A stretch of DNA of 64,000 nt from positions 8,347 to 72,346 of the forward strand of contig JAEUKQ010000002.1 in assembly GCA_016794225.1 (NCBI GenBank), read 5' to 3'. This document shows, piece by piece, positions 38,605-48,906 of this stretch (within the stretch, counting starts at the first letter, position 1; every line of letters begins with the position of its first letter). The translations under genes and the position numbers were made by a program. The stretch comes from Alphaproteobacteria bacterium. GTDB lineage: Bacteria; Pseudomonadota; Alphaproteobacteria; JAEUKQ01. The notes under the pieces were generated by a model. That model saw only the letters and a list, made by a program, of their open reading frames with translations. It was not told the DNA's origin and did no database searches.

Positions 38605-39618
38605 ATGATAACTGCATTAAGTGATGTATTAATTATTGGTGCTGGGCCGGTTGGATTATTTAGCATATTTACCTGTGGCATGCAAAAATTACATTGCCAG
38701 GTGGTTGATGCGCTTGAAATGATTGGTGGGCAGTGCACCGCACTTTATCCTGAAAAACCTATTTATGATATCCCTGCATATCCAAAAATTACAGCTGCGC
38801 ATTTAATTGAACAATTGCACCAGCAAATTCAACCGTTTAAGCCAATTTTTCATTTAGGACAGCAGGTGCAAGAACTGACGCGTCATGGTTCGTATTGGCA
38901 GGCAGTTACCAGTAAAAATGTTAAAATTCAGGCAAAAACAGTTATTATTGCAGCGGGTGTTGGTGCATTTGGGCCTAACCGTCCCCCGTTACCTGATATT
39001 ACTAGTTACGAAGGAAAAAGCGTTTTCTATCATGTTCAACAGCCGCAGCAATTTTTAGGTGCAACAATTGCGATTGCTGGTGGGGGTGATTCGGCATTGG
39101 ATTGGACAATTAATTTAAGCCCGATTGCCAAAAAAATATATTTAATTCACCGCCGGTCAAAATTTCGCGCTGCTCCGGCCAGCTTGGAGCAGTTAGACGA
39201 TTTAGTACGCAAGGGTAAGGTCGAGTTAGTCGTTCCCTATCAACTGCAAAAATTACAGGGTGCAGGGGGGCAGTTACAATCCGTATTTGTTGAAGATATG
39301 GATGGAAACACGCGTCACCTGCCTGCGCAGATATTGCTGGCTTTTTTTGGCCTTTCAAGCCAACTTGGTCCAATTGCTGATTGGGGGCTTTCGCTACATC
39401 AACACCATATTCAGGTTAATCCACAAAATTGTTCAACCAATCAACAAGGTATTTATGCAGTCGGTGATATAGCGGCATACCCAGGTAAATTAAAACTGAT
39501 TCTCAGTGGTTTTAGCGAGGCAGCAAGCGCCGCACACGCAATACGTCAATACTTGCATCCTGATGAAGCCGTGCATTTTGAATATTCGACAACATCGGGC
39601 GTTCAACCGTTATCTTAA
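38605..39618 (+). CDS. ferredoxin--NADP(+) reductase, thioredoxin reductase-like (type 2)
   Basis: 337 aa. IIGAGPVGLF and IAGGGDSALDW dinucleotide-binding motifs, GDIA..PGKLKLI. No CxxC redox disulfide, consistent with the TrxR-like FNR class. Confidence 0.8.
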   Translation: MITALSDVLIIGAGPVGLFSIFTCGMQKLHCQVVDALEMIGGQCTALYPEKPIYDIPAYPKITAAHLIEQLHQQIQPFKPIFHLGQQVQELTRHGSYWQAVTSKNVKIQAKTVIIAAGVGAFGPNRPPLPDITSYEGKSVFYHVQQPQQFLGATIAIAGGGDSALDWTINLSPIAKKIYLIHRRSKFRAAPASLEQLDDLVRKGKVELVVPYQLQKLQGAGGQLQSVFVEDMDGNTRHLPAQILLAFFGLSSQLGPIADWGLSLHQHHIQVNPQNCSTNQQGIYAVGDIAAYPGKLKLILSGFSEAASAAHAIRQYLHPDEAVHFEYSTTSGVQPLS

Positions 39619-41919
39619 GTTGGAAGTTTTATCACCTTCAAGACGTTGATCTGGCAAATTACAGGTGATAGTTGTTGTACTGCTGCTGGCAACCGATATA
39701 CTGCCCTGGTGCAGCAACACGAGTTGGCGGGCTAAAGCAAGGCTTAGCTGGGCTGCTCCGGGCTTTTTGCGCGTTTCGGTAGCCACAAATTTTTCAAATA
39801 AACCTTGCCGTTCTTGTGAAGAAAGCGGTGTTCCTTGATCTGTAAAAGATAACACCAATAACCCAAGCTGGCTGTTCAGGGTAACTGTAATCAGTCCATT
39901 TAATGGTGATCGCTGAATGGCGTTCGTAAGAAAAACTGTAATCACTTGTAGCAGGCGCTTTTCATCGCCATAAGTCCATGCTTGATTAATCTGATTAGTT
40001 ACTTGAATTGTTATTTGGCGCAACTGTGCAATTGGCTGATGGGTTTGAACGGCAATATCAAGAAGCTTGCTTAGATTAACAGATGTGCGTGTTAAATCCA
40101 AATAACCGGCTTCAATTGCGGTAATATCAAGGACATCGTCAATAAGCTTGGTGAGTTGGGTTGATGCCTGCATCATGGTGATCATCATCTTCTGCTGTGC
40201 TGCATTCAGCTGTCCGGCATAACCGTTTTGCAGCATTTCACCAAAACCAACAATTGCATTCAAAGGAGTGCGTAATTCGTATGAAACATTGGCCAAAAAA
40301 GCGGTTTTCATTTTATCGGCAGTTTCAAGTGCTTCGTTGCGTTGTTTCAGGGCCTCGGCTGCACGGAAACTGTCACTAATGTCTAAATAGCTGAACAAAC
40401 TACTGCCGTCGGGTAGGGGTTCAACAGCGTATTGGAAAACACGTCCATCCTTTAGTTCGGCCTGACCCTGTTTAGATTGGCCATTGGTAATTAAGCTAAC
40501 AACTTCTTGTATTTCTGTTGATTGGTGGGGTGTGGATTTTTCGGTAACTGGTAGCAATTTTTCCTGAAATCTCGCAGCAACTTCGCTGATATGTGGTGTT
40601 GCGCTTGAAAATAGGTTTTCTGAATGCCAATCTTTCCGGTAAGTGGCATTTGCCAATTTCAATCGACCATCACTGCCAAACACCGCGACTGCTTCGTGTA
40701 AATGATCAAGAGAAGCGCGCTGAACATCAATTAGGGTGTTGTAGGATCGTTCCAACGTCAAGCGATCAGTTACGTCATCAACTTGCATCAAAATACCACC
40801 AAAAGGATGCGGTGTAATTTGCAGTCTTAGGGTTGAACCATCGCTTAAATGCCACAATTCTTGGTGTCGGGCAACAACCGATAAAAATATTTTGCTGACA
40901 TCTTTTTTATACTGAACAAAATCAACCTGTTCGGGAATGCGGCGTGTGTGACGTAATTGTTCTAAAACTTCGGCAATAACAGGGTTTTTATCCAGAAAGT
41001 CGTTAGATAGTGCGAATATCTGTGTATAAGCTTTGTTAAAAAAACGAATGCGACCATCACCGCTATAAATGGCGATTCCCGTATCTAAATTTTCCAAAGT
41101 TTCGGCATGTGCCCCAATTTGTTGGGATAGCCGGTTTTGTAAATCTTCAAGGGCGGTTACATCGTTACCATAACCAACGGTAGCCATCTGTTTCTTCATA
41201 AAATGATCGCTTACCACCAGCTCGTGTATATCAAATAACAGCCTTTTGCCATTGAAGACAATATATTGGCTTTCAGATTGGCTTAACCCAAAATTTAAGG
41301 AACGTTGCGCCAATTGTTTTAAATGATTTCCTTGTTGGTTGGGTAAAATTTCAAGCTGTTCCTGCATAACAGACATCAAATCACGGCCAACAATATTCGC
41401 GTAGGCCTGATTACAATAGGTAATTTTCAAGTCCGCCTGACGTGCCCATATGGGTAGGGGTAGGTTGTTTAAAATGTATTGGTACTGGTGTAGCTGATGA
41501 TAAAAATTTGATAAATCTGGTTGTGATAACACCATAAGCCAGTAACCGCTCTGGTTTTGATAAACAATTGTTAAGATAGCCTGATTTTCTGGGCTTTTAT
41601 ACCAACCAACCAGCGGATTTTCCCATGAGTGATGCCGCATGGTTTCTTCAAGCGATTGGATTTCCAGGGGTAATAAAATTTTGTTTAAAGCTTTATTTTC
41701 TGCAAAAACATGACGCCAATCCAATTGCTGATTATGCCCCAAGGGGGGACGTGCCCTAAAAAAATCCAAATACATCGCCTGCTTGGCGTTTTGCATAGAA
41801 TAGCCCAAATATAATGGCAGGAAAGATGTTTGGCGCAGCCTGAGCAGCAAAAAAACGCAAAACCCGCCTAGAAGAGCTATAAAAGTGATCAGCAACCAGA
41901 AAACCAAGCTGTTAAGCAT
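39610..41919 (-). CDS. divL: DivL-type PAS sensor kinase homologue with Tyr in place of the phosphoacceptor His
   Basis: 769 aa with N-terminal TM and multiple PAS-like regions. The H-box reads FLANVSYELRTPL (TAC codon at 40279-40281, checked on the DNA). The CA domain has degenerate G boxes (FTDQGTPL; GAAQLSLALA). Conserved ahcY-kinase-tsaE neighbourhood. Confidence 0.75.
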   Translation of the reverse strand: MLNSLVFWLLITFIALLGGFCVFLLLRLRQTSFLPLYLGYSMQNAKQAMYLDFFRARPPLGHNQQLDWRHVFAENKALNKILLPLEIQSLEETMRHHSWENPLVGWYKSPENQAILTIVYQNQSGYWLMVLSQPDLSNFYHQLHQYQYILNNLPLPIWARQADLKITYCNQAYANIVGRDLMSVMQEQLEILPNQQGNHLKQLAQRSLNFGLSQSESQYIVFNGKRLLFDIHELVVSDHFMKKQMATVGYGNDVTALEDLQNRLSQQIGAHAETLENLDTGIAIYSGDGRIRFFNKAYTQIFALSNDFLDKNPVIAEVLEQLRHTRRIPEQVDFVQYKKDVSKIFLSVVARHQELWHLSDGSTLRLQITPHPFGGILMQVDDVTDRLTLERSYNTLIDVQRASLDHLHEAVAVFGSDGRLKLANATYRKDWHSENLFSSATPHISEVAARFQEKLLPVTEKSTPHQSTEIQEVVSLITNGQSKQGQAELKDGRVFQYAVEPLPDGSSLFSYLDISDSFRAAEALKQRNEALETADKMKTAFLANVSYELRTPLNAIVGFGEMLQNGYAGQLNAAQQKMMITMMQASTQLTKLIDDVLDITAIEAGYLDLTRTSVNLSKLLDIAVQTHQPIAQLRQITIQVTNQINQAWTYGDEKRLLQVITVFLTNAIQRSPLNGLITVTLNSQLGLLVLSFTDQGTPLSSQERQGLFEKFVATETRKKPGAAQLSLALARQLVLLHQGSISVASSSTTTITCNLPDQRLEGDKTSNLR

Positions 41920-42029
41920 TAAACAAAATCACCCTGTTAGTTTGCAGATTAATAACATATCTAACCTAACAAAACACAAGCATGTATGCAACGTAAAGGA
42001 AGCAGTTTAATCTTACCATCTGTTCAGAA

Positions 42030-42062
42030 TAAAAATATAAGGCAGATGTTCACAGCTGCCTT
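42030..42062 (-). terminator. putative rho-independent terminator of ahcY
   Basis: Minus strand AAGGCAG-CTGTGAACAT-CTGCCTT followed by ATATTTTTATT, about 23 nt after the ahcY stop. Confidence 0.5.
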
Positions 42063-42084
42063 AAAAGGAATATTGAACGCCTGC

Positions 42085-43386
<1,302 letters not shown>

Positions 43387-43503
43387 TCTCCACAGGCGGA
43401 ATTATTGGCTATAAATGCTTTGCGAATAGCAGTAGGGGGAATTGGGCTAAAAGACAAGCAACTTTTTAGGATGTTTTCACTATGGCGATTATCATCATTC
43501 AAT

Positions 43504-43770
43504 CTATTCATGTTCGCCAAATTTGTTTTGAATTAGTTGCTGCAAAGCTTGTAAAGCTTGATCACTCTCAGGTCCGGTGGCCTCGATAGTTAATATATCA
43601 TGCTGAGACGCCTGAAGCATTAATAGCTCCATGATGGATAATCCATCAGCTTTTATTGTTCCTTTAATAACCGTTATCTGTGCCTGGAATAAACCCACTA
43701 TCCTAACAAATTTACCAGCAGCGCGTGCATGTAATCCGCGTTTATTTAAAATGGTTTGTACAAAATTCAT
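43504..43770 (-). CDS. ptsH: HPr-family phosphocarrier protein (NPr-like)
   Basis: 88 aa. NKRGLHARAA (His15 site) and ADGLSIMELLML (Ser46-equivalent region). Confidence 0.88.
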   Translation of the reverse strand: MNFVQTILNKRGLHARAAGKFVRIVGLFQAQITVIKGTIKADGLSIMELLMLQASQHDILTIEATGPESDQALQALQQLIQNKFGEHE

Positions 43771-43798
43771 GCCAGTTTTCTAATCGATTATGGGTATT

Positions 43799-44203
43799 TT
43801 ATCTTGATTGGTTTAATATTTGTGAAGCCGAATAAATGTATTTACGCCCTTCTTCCTGGGCCAGAGCAGATGCTGTTGCCAAATCATGTTGATGCCGTGC
43901 ACGTGCCAATTTAATTAGTAAAGGTAGGTTCATGCCAGCCAAAACCTCGATTTGTGGCTGATTCATAAAAGAAATAGCAATATTCGATGGAACACCACCA
44001 AAAAGATCAGTTACAATAATCACACCACGTCCCTGATTTAGGGATTTTATTGTTGCTGCTATTTCTTGGCGTTTTTTTTCGATATCATCCGAAGGCTCTA
44101 TACCAATAGCTTTTATATGGGATTCCTCGCCGCAAATTTGTTTAATCAACGATAAAAATTCATGTCCTAACTTCCCATGTGTTAACAGTAATATGGCAAT
44201 CAT
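43799..44203 (-). CDS. PTS EIIA component, mannose family
   Basis: 134 aa. MIAILLLTHGKLG carries the phospho-His in a THG context. DLFGG.P motif. Confidence 0.85.
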   Translation of the reverse strand: MIAILLLTHGKLGHEFLSLIKQICGEESHIKAIGIEPSDDIEKKRQEIAATIKSLNQGRGVIIVTDLFGGVPSNIAISFMNQPQIEVLAGMNLPLLIKLARARHQHDLATASALAQEEGRKYIYSASQILNQSR

Positions 44204-44215
44204 TAACTAAATCCC

Positions 44216-45127
44216 TTATTCTGATTTTGTCATTGCAGTGGCTAAATCACGATGTTTCAAGCTTACGTGAAAACCCATTTTCTTAAGCCAGCTGGCGGTC
44301 TCTTCAGCCACAAAAACCGAGCGATGCTTGCCGCCCGTGCATCCCAAGGCAATTGTTAGATAGCTTTTACCCTCATGTTCAAAGGCGGGTAACAACAACT
44401 TCAACTGATTGACTAAAATATCAAAAAATGGTGCATAAATTTTATCTTGCCGAATGAAATCAGCAATTTGCTGATTCTGTCCGTTTAGGGGGCGTAGCTG
44501 CTCGTCGTAATGCGGGTTGCGTAAAAAGCGCATGTCAAAAACCAAATCTGCTTCGCGCGGTAATCCAAGGCGATATGAAAAAGATACTACCTGAATAGAT
44601 AAAGGGGTAAAGGACGTATTTTTAATCGTTGATTGGGCAAAGGCTTTCAGGCGTTCTTTAAGGTCGGCGACCAGCATGTGGGATGTGTCGATAATTAAGT
44701 CAGCCTGATCCTTGAGTGGTTCGAGTAATATGCGTTCCTGGCTGATCCCATCAACCACCGGCCGATCTATGGCTAACGGGTGGCGGCGGCGGGTTTCTGT
44801 ATATCGGCGGATCAGAATTTCATTGTCGCAATCAAGATAAAGCAGATAAACGCTAAAAAGCTGTTCGTCACGTAAATTGGCAATAATTGACAAAAGGTTG
44901 TTACTAGAAAAGCCAATCGTCTGGCTGTTAATAGCCAAGGCAAATAAGGACTTGCTTACCGAGGACATCATCTGCGCATCGATGCTTCTTAGAAGGACAA
45001 GCGGTAAATTATCGATAACATAAAAACCAATATCGCCAAGTGCTTTTAGTGCTGTACTGCGCCCAGCACCCGATAATCCGGTAACGATAAAGACGGTGGG
45101 TTTTAATGTGTCAGGCGGTTTTATCAT
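44216..45127 (-). CDS. rapZ: RNase adapter protein RapZ (YhbJ)
   Basis: Walker A TGLSGAGRSTA, DNLP, C-terminal GCTGGKHRSV. Start set at MIKPPDT (ATG 45127). The 37-codon upstream extension in the ORF track looks non-coding. Confidence 0.88.
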   Translation of the reverse strand: MIKPPDTLKPTVFIVTGLSGAGRSTALKALGDIGFYVIDNLPLVLLRSIDAQMMSSVSKSLFALAINSQTIGFSSNNLLSIIANLRDEQLFSVYLLYLDCDNEILIRRYTETRRRHPLAIDRPVVDGISQERILLEPLKDQADLIIDTSHMLVADLKERLKAFAQSTIKNTSFTPLSIQVVSFSYRLGLPREADLVFDMRFLRNPHYDEQLRPLNGQNQQIADFIRQDKIYAPFFDILVNQLKLLLPAFEHEGKSYLTIALGCTGGKHRSVFVAEETASWLKKMGFHVSLKHRDLATAMTKSE

Positions 45128-45249
45128 GTAAAGCCAATGAAACAGAAAATAAAACGTATTATAGGTATTATGGGTACAGATACGAACGATGATTACTTTT
45201 TTCTTATGACAATAAAGGTAATTAATGTTTTGTGGCAATCATTTTCCGA

Positions 45250-46905
45250 TTATCCAACAGATAGGTGCGGTAATTCAACAGTAAAGATGGCGCCAGCCAC
45301 CGATCCATCAGAATTAAATCGATTGCCGGCGTATATTTTACCGCCAAGTGCTTCAATAATTTGGCGACAAATGCTTAGTCCAAGGCCAGAATGATGACCA
45401 AATATTTCTTGTTTAGGTCGCAGTGAAAAAAATCGTTCGAAAATTTTTTCGAAATTTTCAGGTGCAATCCCAGGCCCTTCATCACCTATGCTAAATTTGG
45501 CGATGGTTTTTTCTCTACTCGTTTTCAGGAAAATCCTACCGTGAGGCGGGCTGAAGGATTTGGCATTATTAACCAAATTTTCAAGAACTTGTCCTAAACG
45601 GTCGCGGTATCCAAGAATAAAAACCGGATTATCGTTAAACTGTGTAATAAAAGTTTGGCTGCTTAATGGGGTGTGCAGAACAACAAAGGTCTTAAGTAGG
45701 TCGGTCAGATCAATTTTTTCAGGCATATTTTTTGCAAATTCAGCTTCGATTCTGCATGATTCGGCTATATCGTAGATCAGTCGATCAAGACGGGTAATGT
45801 CTTGCTGTAAAATATTAAACATTGTCCTGTCGGCTTCACTAAGTGGTGATCGTCCAATATTTTCTAGGGCACTGCGCATTGATGTAATTGGATTGCGCAA
45901 TTCGTGGGCAATGTCGGCACCAAAATGCTCCATACTTTCGATGCGATGTTGCAAAGCGCGAGTCATGCGATTTAAAGAGTGCGCAAGATGGCCAATTTCA
46001 TCGCGCCTTTGGGATAGGGATTTTGTTATTGGTATTTTGTTGATAGGTATGGTGCTTGGTAATAAAAGCGTTTCGCTTGGCGCGTATTTTTGTTCAATTT
46101 CTTCCGCGGCATTGGCCAACCGATAAAGGGGGCGCGCAATTGTTCGTGACAGAAATACTGATAAAATAATTGTTACCGTCAAACTGGCCAGAAAGACAAG
46201 AAAAATATCAAGATGAAATTGTTGTATCGCCAGCGAAATGGCGCGATCATCCTGCGATAGCATTAAAGCCCCTAAAACACGCCGGTAAAGCTGTACTGGT
46301 ACAGCAGCAGTTAAAACCAGGTGACCATCATCACGCTTGCGAACCATATGGCTTGCTGTACCGTTCAGTGCTTGTAACACCTCGCTATAATTATCGGCCG
46401 ATTGCAAGGGGAATTCTTGATATACTTCAAGATTATCTTCAGACAAGCCAAGGGACAGCAACCATTCAGACATGCCTGATAAAATTTGTTGTACCCAGCC
46501 TAGATAAGAGGTTTCTGGTAATATTTCTATCTCGATATTGCTGCCCGTATTGCGTTGGTTTGTATCAAAAACCAATAATCCGCTTGGCACAAATAGGCGC
46601 GATCTATGGCCAGATATTATTTCAAAGCGGCGTAAAATTTCCCCGGCCATTTCGGGTGATAAACGTTCTTCTTCAAACGTATTACTGGTTATAACGCTAT
46701 TGCTAAGGGCAGTGGCAAAAATATGGGCATCGGTTTCCAGAACCGTCAACTCACGGTTGATTAAAGTTTGCCTATAATTATTGGTTTGCAGAATACCAAT
46801 TAAGGGAATAAGCAGCGTAATAAGGTTAATTAATAATATGCGCTGTGACAGCCTTGGTTTTGGTTTTTTGGGAAAGTATTGTTGTAAAATGGCCATCACC
46901 ATCAA
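45250..46905 (-). CDS. chvG: sensor histidine kinase, ChvG/ExoS/BvrS-like
   Basis: 551 aa with two TM segments flanking a periplasmic domain, and a HAMP domain. H-box FGADIAHELRNPI, N box LVNNAKSF, G boxes GDEGPGI and GLGLSI. Downstream of chvI. Confidence 0.75.
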   Translation of the reverse strand: MMVMAILQQYFPKKPKPRLSQRILLINLITLLIPLIGILQTNNYRQTLINRELTVLETDAHIFATALSNSVITSNTFEEERLSPEMAGEILRRFEIISGHRSRLFVPSGLLVFDTNQRNTGSNIEIEILPETSYLGWVQQILSGMSEWLLSLGLSEDNLEVYQEFPLQSADNYSEVLQALNGTASHMVRKRDDGHLVLTAAVPVQLYRRVLGALMLSQDDRAISLAIQQFHLDIFLVFLASLTVTIILSVFLSRTIARPLYRLANAAEEIEQKYAPSETLLLPSTIPINKIPITKSLSQRRDEIGHLAHSLNRMTRALQHRIESMEHFGADIAHELRNPITSMRSALENIGRSPLSEADRTMFNILQQDITRLDRLIYDIAESCRIEAEFAKNMPEKIDLTDLLKTFVVLHTPLSSQTFITQFNDNPVFILGYRDRLGQVLENLVNNAKSFSPPHGRIFLKTSREKTIAKFSIGDEGPGIAPENFEKIFERFFSLRPKQEIFGHHSGLGLSICRQIIEALGGKIYAGNRFNSDGSVAGAIFTVELPHLSVG

Positions 46906-46930
46906 TGTGTATTTTTGCGTCGATTATCTT

Positions 46931-47653
46931 TTAATCTATTTTATAGCGGTAACCAAGCCCATACAAGGTTTCAATCTGATCAAAGCTCTGGTCAATTGAC
47001 TTAAATTTGCGGCGAATTCTTTTGATATGGCTATCAATTGTTCGGTCGTCTGCTGAATAATCGAAACCATATGCTATTTCAATTAGTTGATCACGACTTT
47101 TAGCGTGCCCTGGGTGAGTTGCTAGCATCTTTAGCAACAGAAATTCGCTAACGGTTAGGGGCACTAACTTGCCCTTCCAGCTGCATTCATGGCGATTGGG
47201 GTCAAGGTGCAGCGACCCTTTCACCATGGGTTTTTCAAGGTTGTTTTCAGCTGTTTTAGACGGGTTGGCAAATGATCCGGGTTGATGCCGGCGTAATACA
47301 GCCTTGATTCGCTCTAATAATAGGCGCTGGGAAAATGGTTTACGAATATAATCATCAGCACCTGATTGTAAGCCGTTTAGTTCATCTGCTTCTTCGTCTT
47401 TAGAGGTTAAAAAAATAACCGGAATTGCCGTTTTTTGACGCAGTTTTTGTAATAGTTGAAAGCCGCTCATTGCTGGCATTTTTATGTCAAGAATGGCCAG
47501 GTCGCTTGGTTCGTCACTAAGATTTTTTAAGGCCTGATGCGCATCACTAAAGCAGCTAACAAGAAAACCATGTTGTTTTAAAAACAATGACAAGCTTTGT
47601 AAAATATGTTGGTCATCATCAACCAGCGTGATTGTAAATGTTTTAAAAGCCAT
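46931..47653 (-). CDS. chvI: OmpR-family response regulator, ChvI/BvrR-like
   Basis: 240 aa. Receiver domain (LVDDD, phospho-Asp LAILDIKMP, KPF) plus a winged-helix output domain (TVDSHIKRIRRKF, YGLGYRY). Confidence 0.8.
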   Translation of the reverse strand: MAFKTFTITLVDDDQHILQSLSLFLKQHGFLVSCFSDAHQALKNLSDEPSDLAILDIKMPAMSGFQLLQKLRQKTAIPVIFLTSKDEEADELNGLQSGADDYIRKPFSQRLLLERIKAVLRRHQPGSFANPSKTAENNLEKPMVKGSLHLDPNRHECSWKGKLVPLTVSEFLLLKMLATHPGHAKSRDQLIEIAYGFDYSADDRTIDSHIKRIRRKFKSIDQSFDQIETLYGLGYRYKID

Positions 47654-47794
47654 TTGATTGTCGCCTGATTACAAAGAACGGATGCTGTGCATTCACTTAT
47701 AACCAAAAAAGGTAAAATATCAAAGCGCTACTTGCATGATGACAATTTATTCTGGTATAACCAGAAAATTCAGGCTTAAGCCAAAGTTATTTGT

Positions 47795-47871
47795 GTCCCC
47801 GTAGCTCAGATGGATAGAGCAACAGTTTCCTAAACTGTAGGCCGCGCGTTCGAATCGCGCCGGGGGCACCA
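47795..47871 (+). tRNA. tRNA-Arg (anticodon CCT)
   Basis: GTCCCCGTAGCTCAGATGGATAGAGCAACAGTTTCCTAAACTGTAGGCCGCGCGTTCGAATCGCGCCGGGGGCACCA. Cloverleaf folds by hand. Anticodon loop TTCCTAA, T arm GCGCG/CGCGC, encoded CCA. Confidence 0.92.
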
Positions 47872-47968
47872 TGATGCCGCACTACCTTTTATCCTCTAAA
47901 ATTTTTAATGAATATTATTCTAGTCCCTATGTTTTTTGCGGGCAGATTTAGCCCTGCATCAAGCACGT

Positions 47969-48007
47969 GAAAAAACCCCAGGCCATATCGGGACTGGGGT
48001 TTTTTTA
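47969..48007. terminator. bidirectional rho-independent terminator (ompA-like gene on the minus strand, tRNA-Arg side on the plus strand)
   Basis: AAAAAA-CCCCAGGCC-ATAT-CGGGACTGGGG-TTTTTTT. GC-rich stem flanked by an A tract and a T tract. Confidence 0.75.
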
Positions 48008-48039
48008 CAAGCGTGGTAATTTATTATTAATTTGGTTGG

Positions 48040-48486
48040 TTATTGGCCAACGGGAACAAAGCTAACAACGACGCGTCTTGTGCTTTCATAGCTTAGGTTG
48101 TTTTGTGCGGCATAACCTGGGTCTACCCCCATACCTTCCACCCGAACGCGATTTGCTGGAATACCGGCTGCAACCAAGGCCTGTTTTACGCTTGCAGCAC
48201 GAGCGATAGTTAATTTTTTATTGCTTTCAGGATTGCCAACCGTGTCGGCATAGCCAACTACAAGCACTTCAATCGTTTGGGTTGAAGCCCGTGTTTTATA
48301 AGCCTGAACAATTTCCTTAACCATCCCTTCTTTACCAGCCGGGAAAGCGCTTTTGCCAGAATCAAAAAACACAACCCATTCTTGGAAGGCGGTTACATAG
48401 GGATTTGTGCTTTGAGCAAAAGCCACGGCAGAAGAGAAAACCAAAGCCAAAGCAGCTACCATCTTAAGTAACATAGAACGTATCAT
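48040..48486 (-). CDS. OmpA-family (OmpA C-terminal-like) peptidoglycan-associated protein
   Basis: Signal peptide MIRSMLLKMVAALALVFSSAVAFAQ. VVGYADTVGNPESNKKLTIARAASVKQALVAAGIPANRV is the OmpA_C signature. GGAGA Shine-Dalgarno before ATG 48486. The upstream ORF extension is rejected. Confidence 0.8.
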   Translation of the reverse strand: MIRSMLLKMVAALALVFSSAVAFAQSTNPYVTAFQEWVVFFDSGKSAFPAGKEGMVKEIVQAYKTRASTQTIEVLVVGYADTVGNPESNKKLTIARAASVKQALVAAGIPANRVRVEGMGVDPGYAAQNNLSYESTRRVVVSFVPVGQ

Positions 48487-48906
48487 TATATTATCTCCGA
48501 ATAAAAGTTTTGATTGCAATAACAAACTGAAATGTCGATACCTAAACTTATTCCCCCAAGACATAGTATAAACCATATATTTTAGCAAACAAATGATTTT
48601 TTCAGTTCAATTTAATAGCACCAGATAATTTATTAAGGTTGTTCTGATGTTTACCTTAACCACACAAAAACAGGCTATAAATTTTCTTGGTTTTGTGGAT
48701 ATGAAAGCTAGCTTGGGGTAGTGCTGATCATCTAGATTTGTATGCGGCAAAATGCGCATAAGGGCTTGATGATTTTTTGGGAGGTTAAAATTTTACTTTC
48801 CCTTTTTATAAATATTTTCTAGAAATTAGGCTGGATGTTGTTGAAAAATTAATATTTTCACAAGACTTTCAGCGTTATTTTACTGCCAGCAATAGGGGCA
48901 AAAACC

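Noticed and set aside
43387-43503. Possible SAH riboswitch in the ahcY leader
   Set aside because: The minus-strand leader lacks the conserved SAH-riboswitch pseudoknot core (GC-rich ...AGGCUCGG.../...GGCGCUC-type segments). No convincing structure was seen.
45128-45238. 37-codon N-terminal extension of rapZ in the ORF track (MPQNINYLYCHKKK...)
   Set aside because: It is AT-rich with an aromatic/Cys-rich translation unlike RapZ N-termini. The canonical RapZ N-terminus (…TVFIVTGLSGAGRS) begins just after the internal ATG at 45127.
46170-46694. 174-aa plus-strand ORF inside chvG
   Set aside because: It is antisense to a kinase gene with clear HAMP, HisKA and HATPase motifs, and no family resemblance was seen.
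48487-48588. Upstream extension of the OmpA-family ORF
   Set aside because: A signal peptide with a GGAGA Shine-Dalgarno starts at ATG 48486. The extension would bury the signal peptide.
48680-48700. Near-consensus DnaA box (ATATCCACAA on the minus strand), possible origin
   Set aside because: It is a single 8/9 match with no cluster of boxes, no AT-rich unwinding repeats and no dnaA, dnaN or hemE context.
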